A stretch of DNA of 64,000 bases, from NCBI GenBank assembly GCA_043803405.1, contig JAZDKB010000010.1, forward strand, positions 64,001-128,000. The letters are read 5' to 3'. Each line of letters opens with the position of its first letter. Position 1 is the first letter of the stretch. The stretch is from Spirochaetota bacterium (GTDB lineage: Bacteria > Spirochaetota > UBA4802 > JAFGDQ01). Below are positions 33,392 through 42,921 of the stretch, piece after piece. The position numbers were made by a program, and so were the translations under genes. The notes under the pieces are model-generated. The model ran no database searches. It was not told the DNA's origin and saw only the letters and a list, made by a program, of their open reading frames with translations.

Positions 33392-33658
33392 TCAACCGGC
33401 CAGTTCCGGCCGGCATTTTTGTATATACTGAGCAAGGGCATTTACTGAAGAAAAAACTTTCTCGCCGAGCTCTTTGTTGTCTATCTTAACAGCGTAATCG
33501 CTTTCGATCATCATAACAAGCTCAAGCGCATCTATTGAATCAAGCCCGAGATCGCCGCCGATCAGGCGGTCGTCATCGCCAATATCATCGGGAGTTACAT
33601 CTTCCAGATCAAGGGTTTTAATTATCTTCTTTTTTAACTGCAAAATAAAATCATTCAT
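33392..33658 (-). CDS. Acyl carrier protein (aryl polyene/flexirubin-like)
   Basis: LGLDSIDALELV phosphopantetheine site, L-x-LED...DI pattern. Confidence 0.92.
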   Translation of the reverse strand: MNDFILQLKKKIIKTLDLEDVTPDDIGDDDRLIGGDLGLDSIDALELVMMIESDYAVKIDNKELGEKVFSSVNALAQYIQKCRPELAG

Positions 33659-33924
33659 TCAGTTAACCTGCAATTTTTTTGATTATAATGAATAAATAAC
33701 ATATTATCGGGGTGTCAAGATTTTTTTACTGCAGTGTTTTCCAGATAAACTTTTCAGGAAATTATTTTAACATTATTTTAAAAAAAAATATTGCTTGTCG
33801 TATTATTTAACATATAATAGAGGATATTATATTGTATAATTTAATATAAATTTGTTTCAAAAAGCATTAAACTGGAATTAAATAATATAGCTTTTAAAAA
33901 TCATTACATTAATAGGAGACAGCC

Positions 33925-35127
33925 ATGAAAAAATTAGTTTATATACTTTTAATCTTAACCGTTTTCTGCGGTTTATCATACGCAGATGAAATTTACATGA
34001 ATGATTTAAGCATTTTAAAAGGCAAAGTAATTCAGGTGACTGATAAAAACGTGGAGTATAGCCAGGAAGGAAAGCCGTTTTTAATTGTTCCGAGAGATCA
34101 GGTTTTTAAGATTAAATATGATAACGGACAGGTTGCCCAGATTGCCCAGGTAAAAAGCATTGATAAACTATTCCTGAAAGACGGATCTGTAATCGAGTGC
34201 ACCATCGTAAAAGTAACTCCGGATGCAGTAATATATTTTACAGACAAGCAGTCCGCAGTGCCTAGCGATAACGTGATAAAAATAGTATACTCAGGAGGCA
34301 AAGTGCTGCAGATTTCCGAAGGCCGGAAAGACAACGGAGCTATTGAAATAGCTGTAAAAGAAAAAGAGCCTGAACCTGTTATCCGCTCAGGAGGTTTTCT
34401 TGATTCATATATACGGCTTGGCATCCAGGGCGGGGTTTCTTATGTGGACGGAAATCTTTACCGCAAAGAAGAAAGTGCATATTCGGAAAACAGGAGTGCA
34501 TTTATCCTTTATCCTGCTATAGACGATGATGGTAATTATACTTATAATACGCGTTATCACTGGGGATTTGATCTTGGCTTAATGTTCCCCTCTGTTAAAT
34601 TTCTACAGACCAGGGCATTCGATATAACGGGCGTAAAATTCGGGCTTAAAACCACATATATTTTTTCTCAAATAGAACAGCAAATAGATGACGACGCTTT
34701 ACCGAAAGATGCAAATTATGACGGCAGGCTGTTAAAATACAGAACAGTAAATGCCGGCCCTGAAATGAACATAGTATTCAGCCCCAGGGGCGATTTTTTC
34801 AATATGATACTTAAATTATATGTATTGGGCGGTTATATACATGACGGAGAGCTGACTGCTGCCCCGGGACTTCGTGAAGGACAGCAAAAAGCTGGCCTGG
34901 CTGTTCTTGATAAATCCCAATACACTGCTGAATTTACAGGGTATTCAGGCACCATCGGCTTTGGACTTTACTCTGTAATTAATCCTGCCCACCTTACAAT
35001 AGGCTTCGATTATTTTTATTCATATTCAAGAATTGATTTCGACAGGGCTGTGCCGGTTTATAATAATTCAAAGGGTTCATCCTTTCATGAGTTCGGTCTG
35101 TTAATCTACGTTGGAACGTTTATATAG
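33925..35127 (+). CDS. Exported protein with two N-terminal beta-repeats and probable outer-membrane beta-barrel
   Basis: Signal peptide; repeats DEIYMNDLSILKGKV and DKLFLKDGSVIECTI; alternating aromatic strands ending YVGTFI. Confidence 0.7.
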   Translation: MKKLVYILLILTVFCGLSYADEIYMNDLSILKGKVIQVTDKNVEYSQEGKPFLIVPRDQVFKIKYDNGQVAQIAQVKSIDKLFLKDGSVIECTIVKVTPDAVIYFTDKQSAVPSDNVIKIVYSGGKVLQISEGRKDNGAIEIAVKEKEPEPVIRSGGFLDSYIRLGIQGGVSYVDGNLYRKEESAYSENRSAFILYPAIDDDGNYTYNTRYHWGFDLGLMFPSVKFLQTRAFDITGVKFGLKTTYIFSQIEQQIDDDALPKDANYDGRLLKYRTVNAGPEMNIVFSPRGDFFNMILKLYVLGGYIHDGELTAAPGLREGQQKAGLAVLDKSQYTAEFTGYSGTIGFGLYSVINPAHLTIGFDYFYSYSRIDFDRAVPVYNNSKGSSFHEFGLLIYVGTFI

Positions 35128-35268
35128 CAATATATATTAGTTTACAACCGACTGGCGACTGCCTGACAAAAATGAAAGAGTGATCTATTTTTTAAGCCGC
35201 TTTGATTTATCAGATGCACTATAGCAGTTACAAAATGATTAGTACTGTGCTTTAACCCATCTTAAAAA

Positions 35269-35457
35269 TTACTTTTTATCAGAGCAGGTTGATATACCCA
35301 GAAGCTTATACACAGGGCACCAGCTCACGATTACGGTAAGCAAAGGAATTATGCCGATTATCCCCCACCAGCTTTGAAAATAAAATCCCAGCCCGATTAT
35401 TACCAGCCCGGCCACTACCCGGATAATTCTGTCGGTTTTCCCTACATTGCATTTCAT
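35269..35457 (-). CDS. DUF2892/YgaP-like membrane protein
   Basis: NVGKTDRIIR...WCPVYKLLGISTC; GGAGG RBS. Confidence 0.88.
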   Translation of the reverse strand: MKCNVGKTDRIIRVVAGLVIIGLGFYFQSWWGIIGIIPLLTVIVSWCPVYKLLGISTCSDKK

Positions 35458-35715
35458 AACAGACCTCCATTTAATTTAAAATTTATAATAATAAATAATC
35501 ATCTGTTATACCATTGATATTTATGCGGCCATAGTGATGTATCTGCAGACATTACCTTCGTATGGCATAATATTATATAAATATGAACTGGAATTGATTG
35601 AAAACAAATATAGCAGGGTATGCTTTAAAACATACATGATAAAGCAAGTCTTGTCAATAGAAATAGATTTATTTATTGAATGTAATAATAATTTATACTT
35701 TGATTTTAAAAGGTA

Positions 35716-35744
35716 TTGACAAAATATACCAAGTGGTATATTTT
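35716..35744 (+). promoter_or_regulatory. tetR promoter (-35 TTGACA) with TetR operator 1
   Basis: AAAATATACC-AAGT-GGTATATTTT (35721-35744), abutting TTGACA. Confidence 0.8.
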
Positions 35745-35765
35745 TATAATTGAGGTATTAAAAGA

Positions 35766-36359
35766 ATGGGCAAAGCTGAACAAACCAGACAAATGATTAT
35801 AGAAAAAGCAGCTCCTATTTTTAATAAAAAAGGTTATCTCGGTACATCAATATCGGATTTGACTGACTCAACTGGTTTAACGAAAGGGGCGATTTATGGA
35901 AATTTCGAGAGTAAAAATGAAATAGCTTTAGCAGCTTTTAATTTTAATATTAATACAATTATCACAGAATTAAAATCTGATATTGATAAAGCAGATAATG
36001 CGATAGAGAAATTATTGTCTATATCAAATTATTTTTTAAGGAATGCCAGTGCGACTTATAAGAGAGGCGGCTGCCCCATTACTAATGCGGCAGCGGATTC
36101 GGATGATACTAATATTGCAATTAACAAAAAAGTAAGAGAGATAATTGAAGGTTTAAGAAAAGCTATAATCCAGATTGTAAATGAAGGAATTTCGAAAAAG
36201 GAAATAATAACTTCAGCAAATCCGGATTCCTTTGCTGCGGTTGTTATCTCTTTGATCCAGGGAGGAAATCTTATTTCAAAAGCCAGCGGAAATATGGACT
36301 ATTTGGTTAATTCAATAAAACAAATCAAAATACTGATTCAAGGGATCAGAAAAAAATAG
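35766..36359 (+). CDS. TetR/AcrR family regulator
   Basis: KGYLGTSISDL...GLTKGAIYGNFESK HTH; GGCP in the C-domain. Confidence 0.93.
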   Translation: MGKAEQTRQMIIEKAAPIFNKKGYLGTSISDLTDSTGLTKGAIYGNFESKNEIALAAFNFNINTIITELKSDIDKADNAIEKLLSISNYFLRNASATYKRGGCPITNAAADSDDTNIAINKKVREIIEGLRKAIIQIVNEGISKKEIITSANPDSFAAVVISLIQGGNLISKASGNMDYLVNSIKQIKILIQGIRKK

Positions 36360-36378
36360 TATTAAATTTTTTTGTAAT

Positions 36379-36402
36379 AAAATATACCAATCGGTATATT
36401 TT
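36379..36402 (+). promoter_or_regulatory. TetR operator 2
   Basis: AAAATATACC-AATC-GGTATATTTT, same arms as operator 1. Confidence 0.8.
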
Positions 36403-36428
36403 TCAATTTAAAATATTAGGAGGATTTT

Positions 36429-37631
36429 ATGTCTGACCTGTTTAAAAAAACAAATATTAAATCAATGCACCTTAAAAACAGACTGGTTCGTTCTGCTACA
36501 TATGAGCGGATGTTCAATAAAGAAGGGCATCCGCTTCCCGAACTTGGCAATCTATATATAAAATTGGCAAAAGGTGGCGTAGGATTAATTATTACAGGTT
36601 ATGCTATTGTTTCATCGGATAATATAATACCATATTCTGCAAGAATAGATGAAGATTATTTTATACCGGAATTTAGAGAAATTACTAATAAAGTGCATGA
36701 ATATGACTGCTGTATTGCAATGCAGTTAAATCATTTTGGGAGACTGGCAAGTAAAATTGCAATAGGAATTGAGCCTACTGCTCCATCAGCTGTAAAGATT
36801 AAATTTCCGCCTTCGATTCCAAGAGAAATGACAGAAGAAGATATTGAACGAGTAATTATTGATTTTGCTGAAGCGGCATCCAGAGCAAAAAAAGCAGGTT
36901 TCGATGCTGTGCAGCTACATGGAGCTCATGGTATGTTAATCAATCAATTTTTATCTCCTTACACTAATCGCAGAGAAGACCGCTGGGGAGGTTCTCTTGA
37001 AAACAGGATCAGATTCCTGAGAGAAATCTACCTTGGGTGCCGTAAAAAGCTCGGAGATAATTTTCCTATATTAGTCAAACTAAGTGCTTATGATAATATG
37101 AAAACAGGATTAAAGCTTGAGGAAGGAATAAAAATAGCAGAAAGTATTTCAGAATTGGGATTTGACGGGATTGAGATTAGTTGTGGAATATTATTGGAAG
37201 ATGGTCTATCGACTTTGCGGGGAAATTTTCCGGTAGATATTTTAATTGACGATTTTCATAGTTTTGATGAGAAGCCTGTTTTGCGTTTTCTAATGCGTCA
37301 TTTTGGGAAAAAACTTATGAAGGTTCCTGATTTTACAATTGGATACAACAGAAAAGCTGCCAGGTTAATAAAACAAAAAGTAAAGATACCTGTATTTACA
37401 GTAGGCGGGATGCATGATCCGAAAGATATAATGGATGTAATAGAAAAAGGAGAAGCAGATTATATTTCTCTGTGCAGGCCGCTTATTGCGGATCCGGCTT
37501 TTCCATTAAAAATTAAGGAAGGAAACTTAAGTCCATCAAAATGTTTACAATGCAATTATTGTTTCTTCTATACTGTGATGAAAGCGCCTTTAAAGTGTTA
37601 TAATGGTCGAAGAATTAATAGTGATATTTAG
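36429..37631 (+). CDS. NADH:flavin oxidoreductase (Old Yellow Enzyme family)
   Basis: LKNRLVRSAT, AGFDAVQLHGAHG, NRREDRWGGSLENR, RPLIADP, C-terminal CLQCNYC...C. Confidence 0.92.
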   Translation: MSDLFKKTNIKSMHLKNRLVRSATYERMFNKEGHPLPELGNLYIKLAKGGVGLIITGYAIVSSDNIIPYSARIDEDYFIPEFREITNKVHEYDCCIAMQLNHFGRLASKIAIGIEPTAPSAVKIKFPPSIPREMTEEDIERVIIDFAEAASRAKKAGFDAVQLHGAHGMLINQFLSPYTNRREDRWGGSLENRIRFLREIYLGCRKKLGDNFPILVKLSAYDNMKTGLKLEEGIKIAESISELGFDGIEISCGILLEDGLSTLRGNFPVDILIDDFHSFDEKPVLRFLMRHFGKKLMKVPDFTIGYNRKAARLIKQKVKIPVFTVGGMHDPKDIMDVIEKGEADYISLCRPLIADPAFPLKIKEGNLSPSKCLQCNYCFFYTVMKAPLKCYNGRRINSDI

Positions 37632-37636
37632 AACGA

Positions 37637-37664
37637 GTAGCCCTTATATTTAAATAAGGGCTGC
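37637..37664. terminator. Hairpin between convergent genes, probable terminator
   Basis: GTAGCCCTTAT-ATTTAA-ATAAGGGCTGC. Confidence 0.6.
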
Positions 37665-37686
37665 CCTTTGAATCGAATAAAGAATA

Positions 37687-38451
37687 TTATGTAGTTAAAT
37701 TCCCTCCGTCCACGTACAAAGACTGACCTGTAATAAAGTTCGCAGCATCTGAAACAAGGAAAAGAACAGCGCCTACCATTTCTTCAGGCTCGGCAAGGCG
37801 CCCCATTGGAATTCCTGCCATTATATGCTTTGCAGTTTCCGGGTTTGACCATATCGGTTCGCTGAATTCAGTGCGCGTCATTGCAGGCCCCACAGCATTA
37901 ACGCGGATGCCGAGAGAAGCCCATTCGCGCGCCATGCAGCGCGTCAGCATGTAAAGAGCGGTTTTGCTGCAGCTGTAAGCTCCCATTCCGGGCTCCGCTT
38001 TTTCGACTGCTACGGATGTAATGTTGACAATTTGCCCGCCTTTCTGTTCCATCATGTGTTTGGCTGCCATGCGGCTAAGAAGCCACACAGCCTTCACATT
38101 AGTATCGAAAACCTTGTCCCACCCGTCCTCGCGCATATCCAGAAGGCTTCGGTAAAAACTTCGTGCAGCATTATTTACCAGAATGTCAATGCGCCCGAAA
38201 GTGTTTTTAGCTGTATTGATCACATTCTCAAGCTGTTCGTTATCGGTAAGGTCAGCCACAACCGAGACTGCCTTGCCGCCTGCTTTCGTTATTTCCTGAA
38301 CAACAGACTCAAGCTCCGCTTTTGTACGCGAGGCAGCTACTACAGAGGCTCCGGATGCGGCAAGCCCTAAAGCAATGGCCCTCCCTATGCCTTTACCGCC
38401 GCCTGTAACAATGGCGGTCCTGCCTGTTAAATTAAATTTCACATCTTCCAT
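37687..38451 (-). CDS. Short-chain dehydrogenase/reductase
   Basis: TGGGKGIG, NNAA, S...YSCSK, ITGQSLYVDGG. Confidence 0.93.
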   Translation of the reverse strand: MEDVKFNLTGRTAIVTGGGKGIGRAIALGLAASGASVVAASRTKAELESVVQEITKAGGKAVSVVADLTDNEQLENVINTAKNTFGRIDILVNNAARSFYRSLLDMREDGWDKVFDTNVKAVWLLSRMAAKHMMEQKGGQIVNITSVAVEKAEPGMGAYSCSKTALYMLTRCMAREWASLGIRVNAVGPAMTRTEFSEPIWSNPETAKHIMAGIPMGRLAEPEEMVGAVLFLVSDAANFITGQSLYVDGGNLTT

Positions 38452-38526
38452 CGGGATACTCCTTTTTTCAGGTTTAAAAATCGAACAGCATTAACACGGA
38501 TTACAGGAAACTGTTTTAAAAATCAA

Positions 38527-39993
38527 TTAAATAATTTTAAATGAATTGTGGGTTATCTCGGCTATAAGTTTTGTCTTTAATATTTTTAAATTGTCGGACA
38601 AGCTCACTTTGTAAGTATGCGGATTTAAAAGGCGCCTGTAAGTTTTGTCGAGCGAGTTTATTTCGCTTTGTCTGAATTCTTTTATGCCGGATAATTCAGC
38701 GTGCGCATTAATTCTTTTCCCCTTCTCAATCACTTTGGAAAGCAAAGGCGCGGCGCGGTCATAATTCGTCAGCACAAATCCCTCATATTCTGCAGCAGGA
38801 TGATTAAACCTGACAGGCTCTTTTTTTTCTATCATGTTTTGCAGGCTTTCTTCCTCTTCTTCAAGATACATAAGATCGCACAGCATGTTTCCGTTTTTAT
38901 AGAACCGCATTATGTTTTTAACTCCAGGATTGGTTATTTTCTCGGACTGGTTGGATATTTTTAAGCACGGTTTCATTTTTCCGCCGATATTCCTAGCGAT
39001 TATTTTGTAAACTCCCGAAAGCGCAGGATCGTCCCAGCCTGTAACAAGCCTTGTGCCCACCCCCCATGCGTCAACAGGAGCGTTGTTCGACTTTATCTGC
39101 TTTATTACCCACTCGTCTATGTCGCTCGATACGAATATCTTTACATCCTGCAATCCTGCAGCATCGAACATCTTTCTGGCTTCATAGCTTAAATATTCAA
39201 GGTCGCCGCTGTCCAGGCGCACAGCCATAAGCGAAGGATTTTTCTTTTTAAGCTCATTAAAAACTGTGATCGCGTTCGGGATGCCGGACTTGAGAGTGTT
39301 GAAAGTGTCGACAAGCAAAACGCAACTTTCAGGATATATTTCAGCATATTTTTGAAATGCTTCGAGCTCGGTTTCAGTGTTCATTACCCAGCTGTGCGCC
39401 ATTGTGCCGCTGACCGGCATATTGAAAAGCCTGCCTGCCAGAGTATTTGATGTAGCGTACACGCCCCCAATAAATGCTGCGCGCGAAGCTGAGATAGCGC
39501 CGTCTACTCCCTGCGCCCTTCTGAGCCCGAACTCAAGTACAGGCTTGTCTCCTGCTATATCGACAATACGCGCAGTTTTGGTGGCAACAAGAGACTGGAA
39601 ATTGATATAATTCAGCAAAAGGCTTTCAATAATCTGTATTTCCATAAGATTGCCGGAAACCCGGACAAGCGGTTCAAGCGGAAAAACTATGTTGCCTTCC
39701 CTTACGCTGAAAATATCGCCTTTAAATGAAAATCCGGCCAGGTAGTTTATGAATTCTTTTTTAAATATCCCCTGCTTTTCCAGATATTGCAAGTCCTCAT
39801 CGCTGAATTTTAACTTTTCAATTTCGTCCAGAAGCGGATCAAGTCCGGCAAAAACAGTGTACCCGCCTTTAAAAGGCTGATGCCTGAAAAACATTTCAAA
39901 TACGCCGTCTTCATCTGGGAACTGGTAAAAGTATCCCTGCATCATCGTTAACTCGTAATAATCGGTCAATAAAGCCAGATTTTTATTTGTCAT
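38527..39993 (-). CDS. pncB: Nicotinate phosphoribosyltransferase
   Basis: LLTDYYELTM, EFGLRRAQG, GTMAHSW, LVDTF, VRLDSGDL, GVGT. Confidence 0.95.
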   Translation of the reverse strand: MTNKNLALLTDYYELTMMQGYFYQFPDEDGVFEMFFRHQPFKGGYTVFAGLDPLLDEIEKLKFSDEDLQYLEKQGIFKKEFINYLAGFSFKGDIFSVREGNIVFPLEPLVRVSGNLMEIQIIESLLLNYINFQSLVATKTARIVDIAGDKPVLEFGLRRAQGVDGAISASRAAFIGGVYATSNTLAGRLFNMPVSGTMAHSWVMNTETELEAFQKYAEIYPESCVLLVDTFNTLKSGIPNAITVFNELKKKNPSLMAVRLDSGDLEYLSYEARKMFDAAGLQDVKIFVSSDIDEWVIKQIKSNNAPVDAWGVGTRLVTGWDDPALSGVYKIIARNIGGKMKPCLKISNQSEKITNPGVKNIMRFYKNGNMLCDLMYLEEEEESLQNMIEKKEPVRFNHPAAEYEGFVLTNYDRAAPLLSKVIEKGKRINAHAELSGIKEFRQSEINSLDKTYRRLLNPHTYKVSLSDNLKILKTKLIAEITHNSFKII

Positions 39994-40046
39994 TTTTCCG
40001 CCATAGAATTGATAAAAGCTATTTCAATATTAGGTTTTGCATTCGC

Positions 40047-40173
40047 TTAATTGGAATACATAACAAAATTTTTGAGGACGCCTTTCAGGCCTGAAGCAAA
40101 AACCTTAAAAAATTTGAAAAATTTTCATTGAAGGCCTGATTCCGCAGAAAATTTTGTTATGTATTTCAATTAA
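40047..40173. repeat. 127-bp palindromic element (MITE-like or structured RNA)
   Basis: 26-bp terminal inverted repeats with one mismatch, plus inner TCAGGCCT/AGGCCTGA stem. Confidence 0.75.
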
Positions 40174-40235
40174 AAAAATATCCTTAAAATCACACATTTC
40201 AAACGTGAAAGTGTATTAGTAGTTTATAAAAAATA

Positions 40236-40859
40236 TCATAAGTCACTGGCCTTTAGAATTTTAATTCCCATAGCTTTCATGTTTTTCACGCATTTATCGA
40301 TGTTCCCTGCAGGAACATCGATTCCTTTGCATGCATCAATTATCACGCTTGTTGAAAAACCGTACTTTGCAGAATCCCTTGCAGAAAAGTTAACGCAGTA
40401 ATCGGTAGCAAGCCCGCAAAGAAAAACGTCCCTCACGTTAAGAGCGTTCAGATATCCATGAAGACCTGTTTCAGTCTCTTTGTCATTCTCAAGAAAAGCA
40501 GAGTACGAATCGATATCAGGATCGGCACCCTTGCGCAAAATAAGATCGAATTTGACGCTGTCGAGATCTTTGTGAAAATCAGCTCCGCGCGTTCCCTGTA
40601 CGCAATGATCCGGCCATAGAGTCTGCCGCACCCCGTTAATCTCCATCTGATCGTAAATATTTTTTCCTTTGTGATTCGAAGCGAAAGACACATGTTTTTG
40701 CGGGTGCCAGTCCTGAGTTCCTGTTATAATACCAAATTTATGTATAATAGAGTTAATGACAGGCACAACCCTGTCTCCGTCATTTACTGGAAGCGCCCCG
40801 CCAGGGCAAAAATCGTTCTGGACATCAATTACAATGAGGGCTTTTTTATTTCTTTTCAT
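40236..40859 (-). CDS. pncA: Nicotinamidase/pyrazinamidase
   Basis: IDVQNDFCPGGAL, QDWHP, WPDHC, KG...DSYSAF, GLATDYCV. Confidence 0.96.
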   Translation of the reverse strand: MKRNKKALIVIDVQNDFCPGGALPVNDGDRVVPVINSIIHKFGIITGTQDWHPQKHVSFASNHKGKNIYDQMEINGVRQTLWPDHCVQGTRGADFHKDLDSVKFDLILRKGADPDIDSYSAFLENDKETETGLHGYLNALNVRDVFLCGLATDYCVNFSARDSAKYGFSTSVIIDACKGIDVPAGNIDKCVKNMKAMGIKILKASDL

Positions 40860-40926
40860 AAAGACACCTCTTTCAGGGAATCAATGAAGTCTAATATTTA
40901 TTTTTATTAAAGTCAAAAAGAAATTT

Positions 40927-42276
40927 TTATTTTCCAATGCAGAATCTGCTGAATATGGATTCGAGAATATTATCCTGGGAAATTTCTCCTGTAATTTCGG
41001 AAAGGCAGTCAATCAAATCCTGAAGTTCAAATGCGATAATTTCGTGCGGTCCTTCTTGCAGTAACAAATTCCGGATGTCATCAATGATAAGCAGAGCTCT
41101 TTGAAGAATATCTATTACGCGCATATCTGCAACAAATGAATTCTCATGATCAATAAATTCGTTTTTCAGAATATTGCTTAGCGCATTTTCGAGTTCCGGA
41201 AGTCCTTTCCCGGATTTTGCAGAAAACGGAATCACTGCACCAAATTGACTAATGCTGTTCACGGCAGCTTCATCCGCAACGTCGATTTTATTGGCAAGGA
41301 CAATATGTTTTTTGTTCTTAATGCTGTTAAATATTTCCATATCCTGTTTGGTGATTTCCGAGTTTGCCTCAATCACGAAAATAATGACAGGAGACGATTC
41401 GATCTTTTTACGGCTCAGCTCAATGCCCATGCGCTCAACATGCGAGTCTGTTTCAGTGATGCCTGCTGTATCGATTAAGTGTACCGGCATTCCTGCAAAC
41501 TGGACTATCTCGCCTATGAGGTCGCGCGTTGTACCCGGAATATCGGAAACAATTGCCCTTTCCCTGTTAAGTATAAGGTTAAGTATGCTCGATTTCCCAA
41601 CATTCGGCCTGCCGATAATTGGAACATCAATCCCGTGCGATATCTTCTCGCCTATCCTGCATCTGGTGTGCAGATCGGCAATGTACACCTTAATTTTATC
41701 AAGCTCTCTCAGCGCTTCCTGAAAAGAAACCAACTCGATGTCTTCTTCGCTAAAATCGATCCCTGCTTCTATGTCAGCTTTTAATTTAATGATGCGTTCT
41801 CTGAGTTCATTGACGATATCTCGAAGCGCTCCATGCATTTCTTTTACTGCGGAAGACACTTCCCAGCTGCTCCTGGCAGTGATAATATGATTGATTGCCT
41901 CAGCTTCGGTTAAGTCGATCTTGCCGTTTAAAAACGCACGTTTGCTGAATTCGCCCGGCTCAGCAAGCCTTACGCCCAGCCCGTTAAACAACATTATTAT
42001 TTTGCGGACAATTATTGGATTTCCGTGGCATGATATCTCGGCCATGTCTTCGCCTGTAAAGCTGCCGGGAGCCTCGTAACATGTCATAACAACATCGTCG
42101 ATGAGTTCATCATTACAGACAATTGCGCCGAAGACGGCATATCGGTGTTTAATTTTATCCGGGCGGTTAAAGACAGATTTAACGGCCCTGAAAGTATCAG
42201 GACCGCTAATTCTTATAATGGATAAAGGCGAGTTTAAAGCAGGCGTTGCAGAAGCGCAGATCGTATCTTCCTGCAT
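40927..42276 (-). CDS. mnmE: tRNA modification GTPase
   Basis: SFTGED, GEFSKRAFLNGK, GRPNVGKSS, GTTRD, DTAG, NKID, terminal FCIGK. Confidence 0.96.
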   Translation of the reverse strand: MQEDTICASATPALNSPLSIIRISGPDTFRAVKSVFNRPDKIKHRYAVFGAIVCNDELIDDVVMTCYEAPGSFTGEDMAEISCHGNPIIVRKIIMLFNGLGVRLAEPGEFSKRAFLNGKIDLTEAEAINHIITARSSWEVSSAVKEMHGALRDIVNELRERIIKLKADIEAGIDFSEEDIELVSFQEALRELDKIKVYIADLHTRCRIGEKISHGIDVPIIGRPNVGKSSILNLILNRERAIVSDIPGTTRDLIGEIVQFAGMPVHLIDTAGITETDSHVERMGIELSRKKIESSPVIIFVIEANSEITKQDMEIFNSIKNKKHIVLANKIDVADEAAVNSISQFGAVIPFSAKSGKGLPELENALSNILKNEFIDHENSFVADMRVIDILQRALLIIDDIRNLLLQEGPHEIIAFELQDLIDCLSEITGEISQDNILESIFSRFCIGK

Positions 42277-42279
42277 TTA

Positions 42280-42921
42280 TTACCTTCTGGAGCTTGGAGA
42301 CACCTTCACTTTTCTGTAAATTCCTTCTCCTTCGCTTTTAGTTGATACGCGCGAATCGTTCTGCAAAGTCAAATGAATAAGCCTTCTTTCAAAGGGATTC
42401 ATCGGCTCCAGAGTCCACGGCTTTCCGGTTCTTATAACCTTATGCGCGATATCTTTGGAAAGCCTTCTTAAGGCTTTCTCCCTTTTTTCCCTGTACGATT
42501 CAATATTAAGAATGATCTTTTTACTGGTTTCTGTTTTATTTGCAATAATCAGGTTCAGTAGAAACTGCAAAGCTTCCAGGGTTTTACCCTGCTTACCTAT
42601 AATTAGCCCGGATTGCGGGCTGTCCAGTTCAATGTAAATTCTGTTCGATCCTTCCTTAATATCTTTTATTTTAACTTCAAGTCCCATCTTATCAATAATG
42701 CTGATTAATATTTCTCTTGCCGAACTTATTATATCCGAATCCGTATCGCTGTAATAAACCCTTATCTTTGCCTGCCTTGATACGCCGAATCCGAATATTC
42801 CGCTCTTGCCTTCATCAATGACCTCTATCTTTATTTCGGAGGCGTCATTAATTCCCAGTTCCGCTAAGGCCTTTTTCGTAGCATCGTCAATCGTTCTTCC
42901 TTCAACCTCTAAAATATTCAT
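42280..42921 (-). CDS. jag: RNA-binding protein Jag/KhpB/EloR
   Basis: Jag_N domain, KH motif IIGKQGKTLEALQ, R3H motif PMNPFERRLIH. Confidence 0.94.
   Translation of the reverse strand: MNILEVEGRTIDDATKKALAELGINDASEIKIEVIDEGKSGIFGFGVSRQAKIRVYYSDTDSDIISSAREILISIIDKMGLEVKIKDIKEGSNRIYIELDSPQSGLIIGKQGKTLEALQFLLNLIIANKTETSKKIILNIESYREKREKALRRLSKDIAHKVIRTGKPWTLEPMNPFERRLIHLTLQNDSRVSTKSEGEGIYRKVKVSPSSRR

Noticed and set aside
35470..35719. ORF 35534..35719 and a possible riboswitch upstream of the DUF2892 gene
   Set aside because: The ORF has no RBS and overlaps divergent promoters; the resemblance to c-di-GMP-I P2 is partial and P1 is missing.
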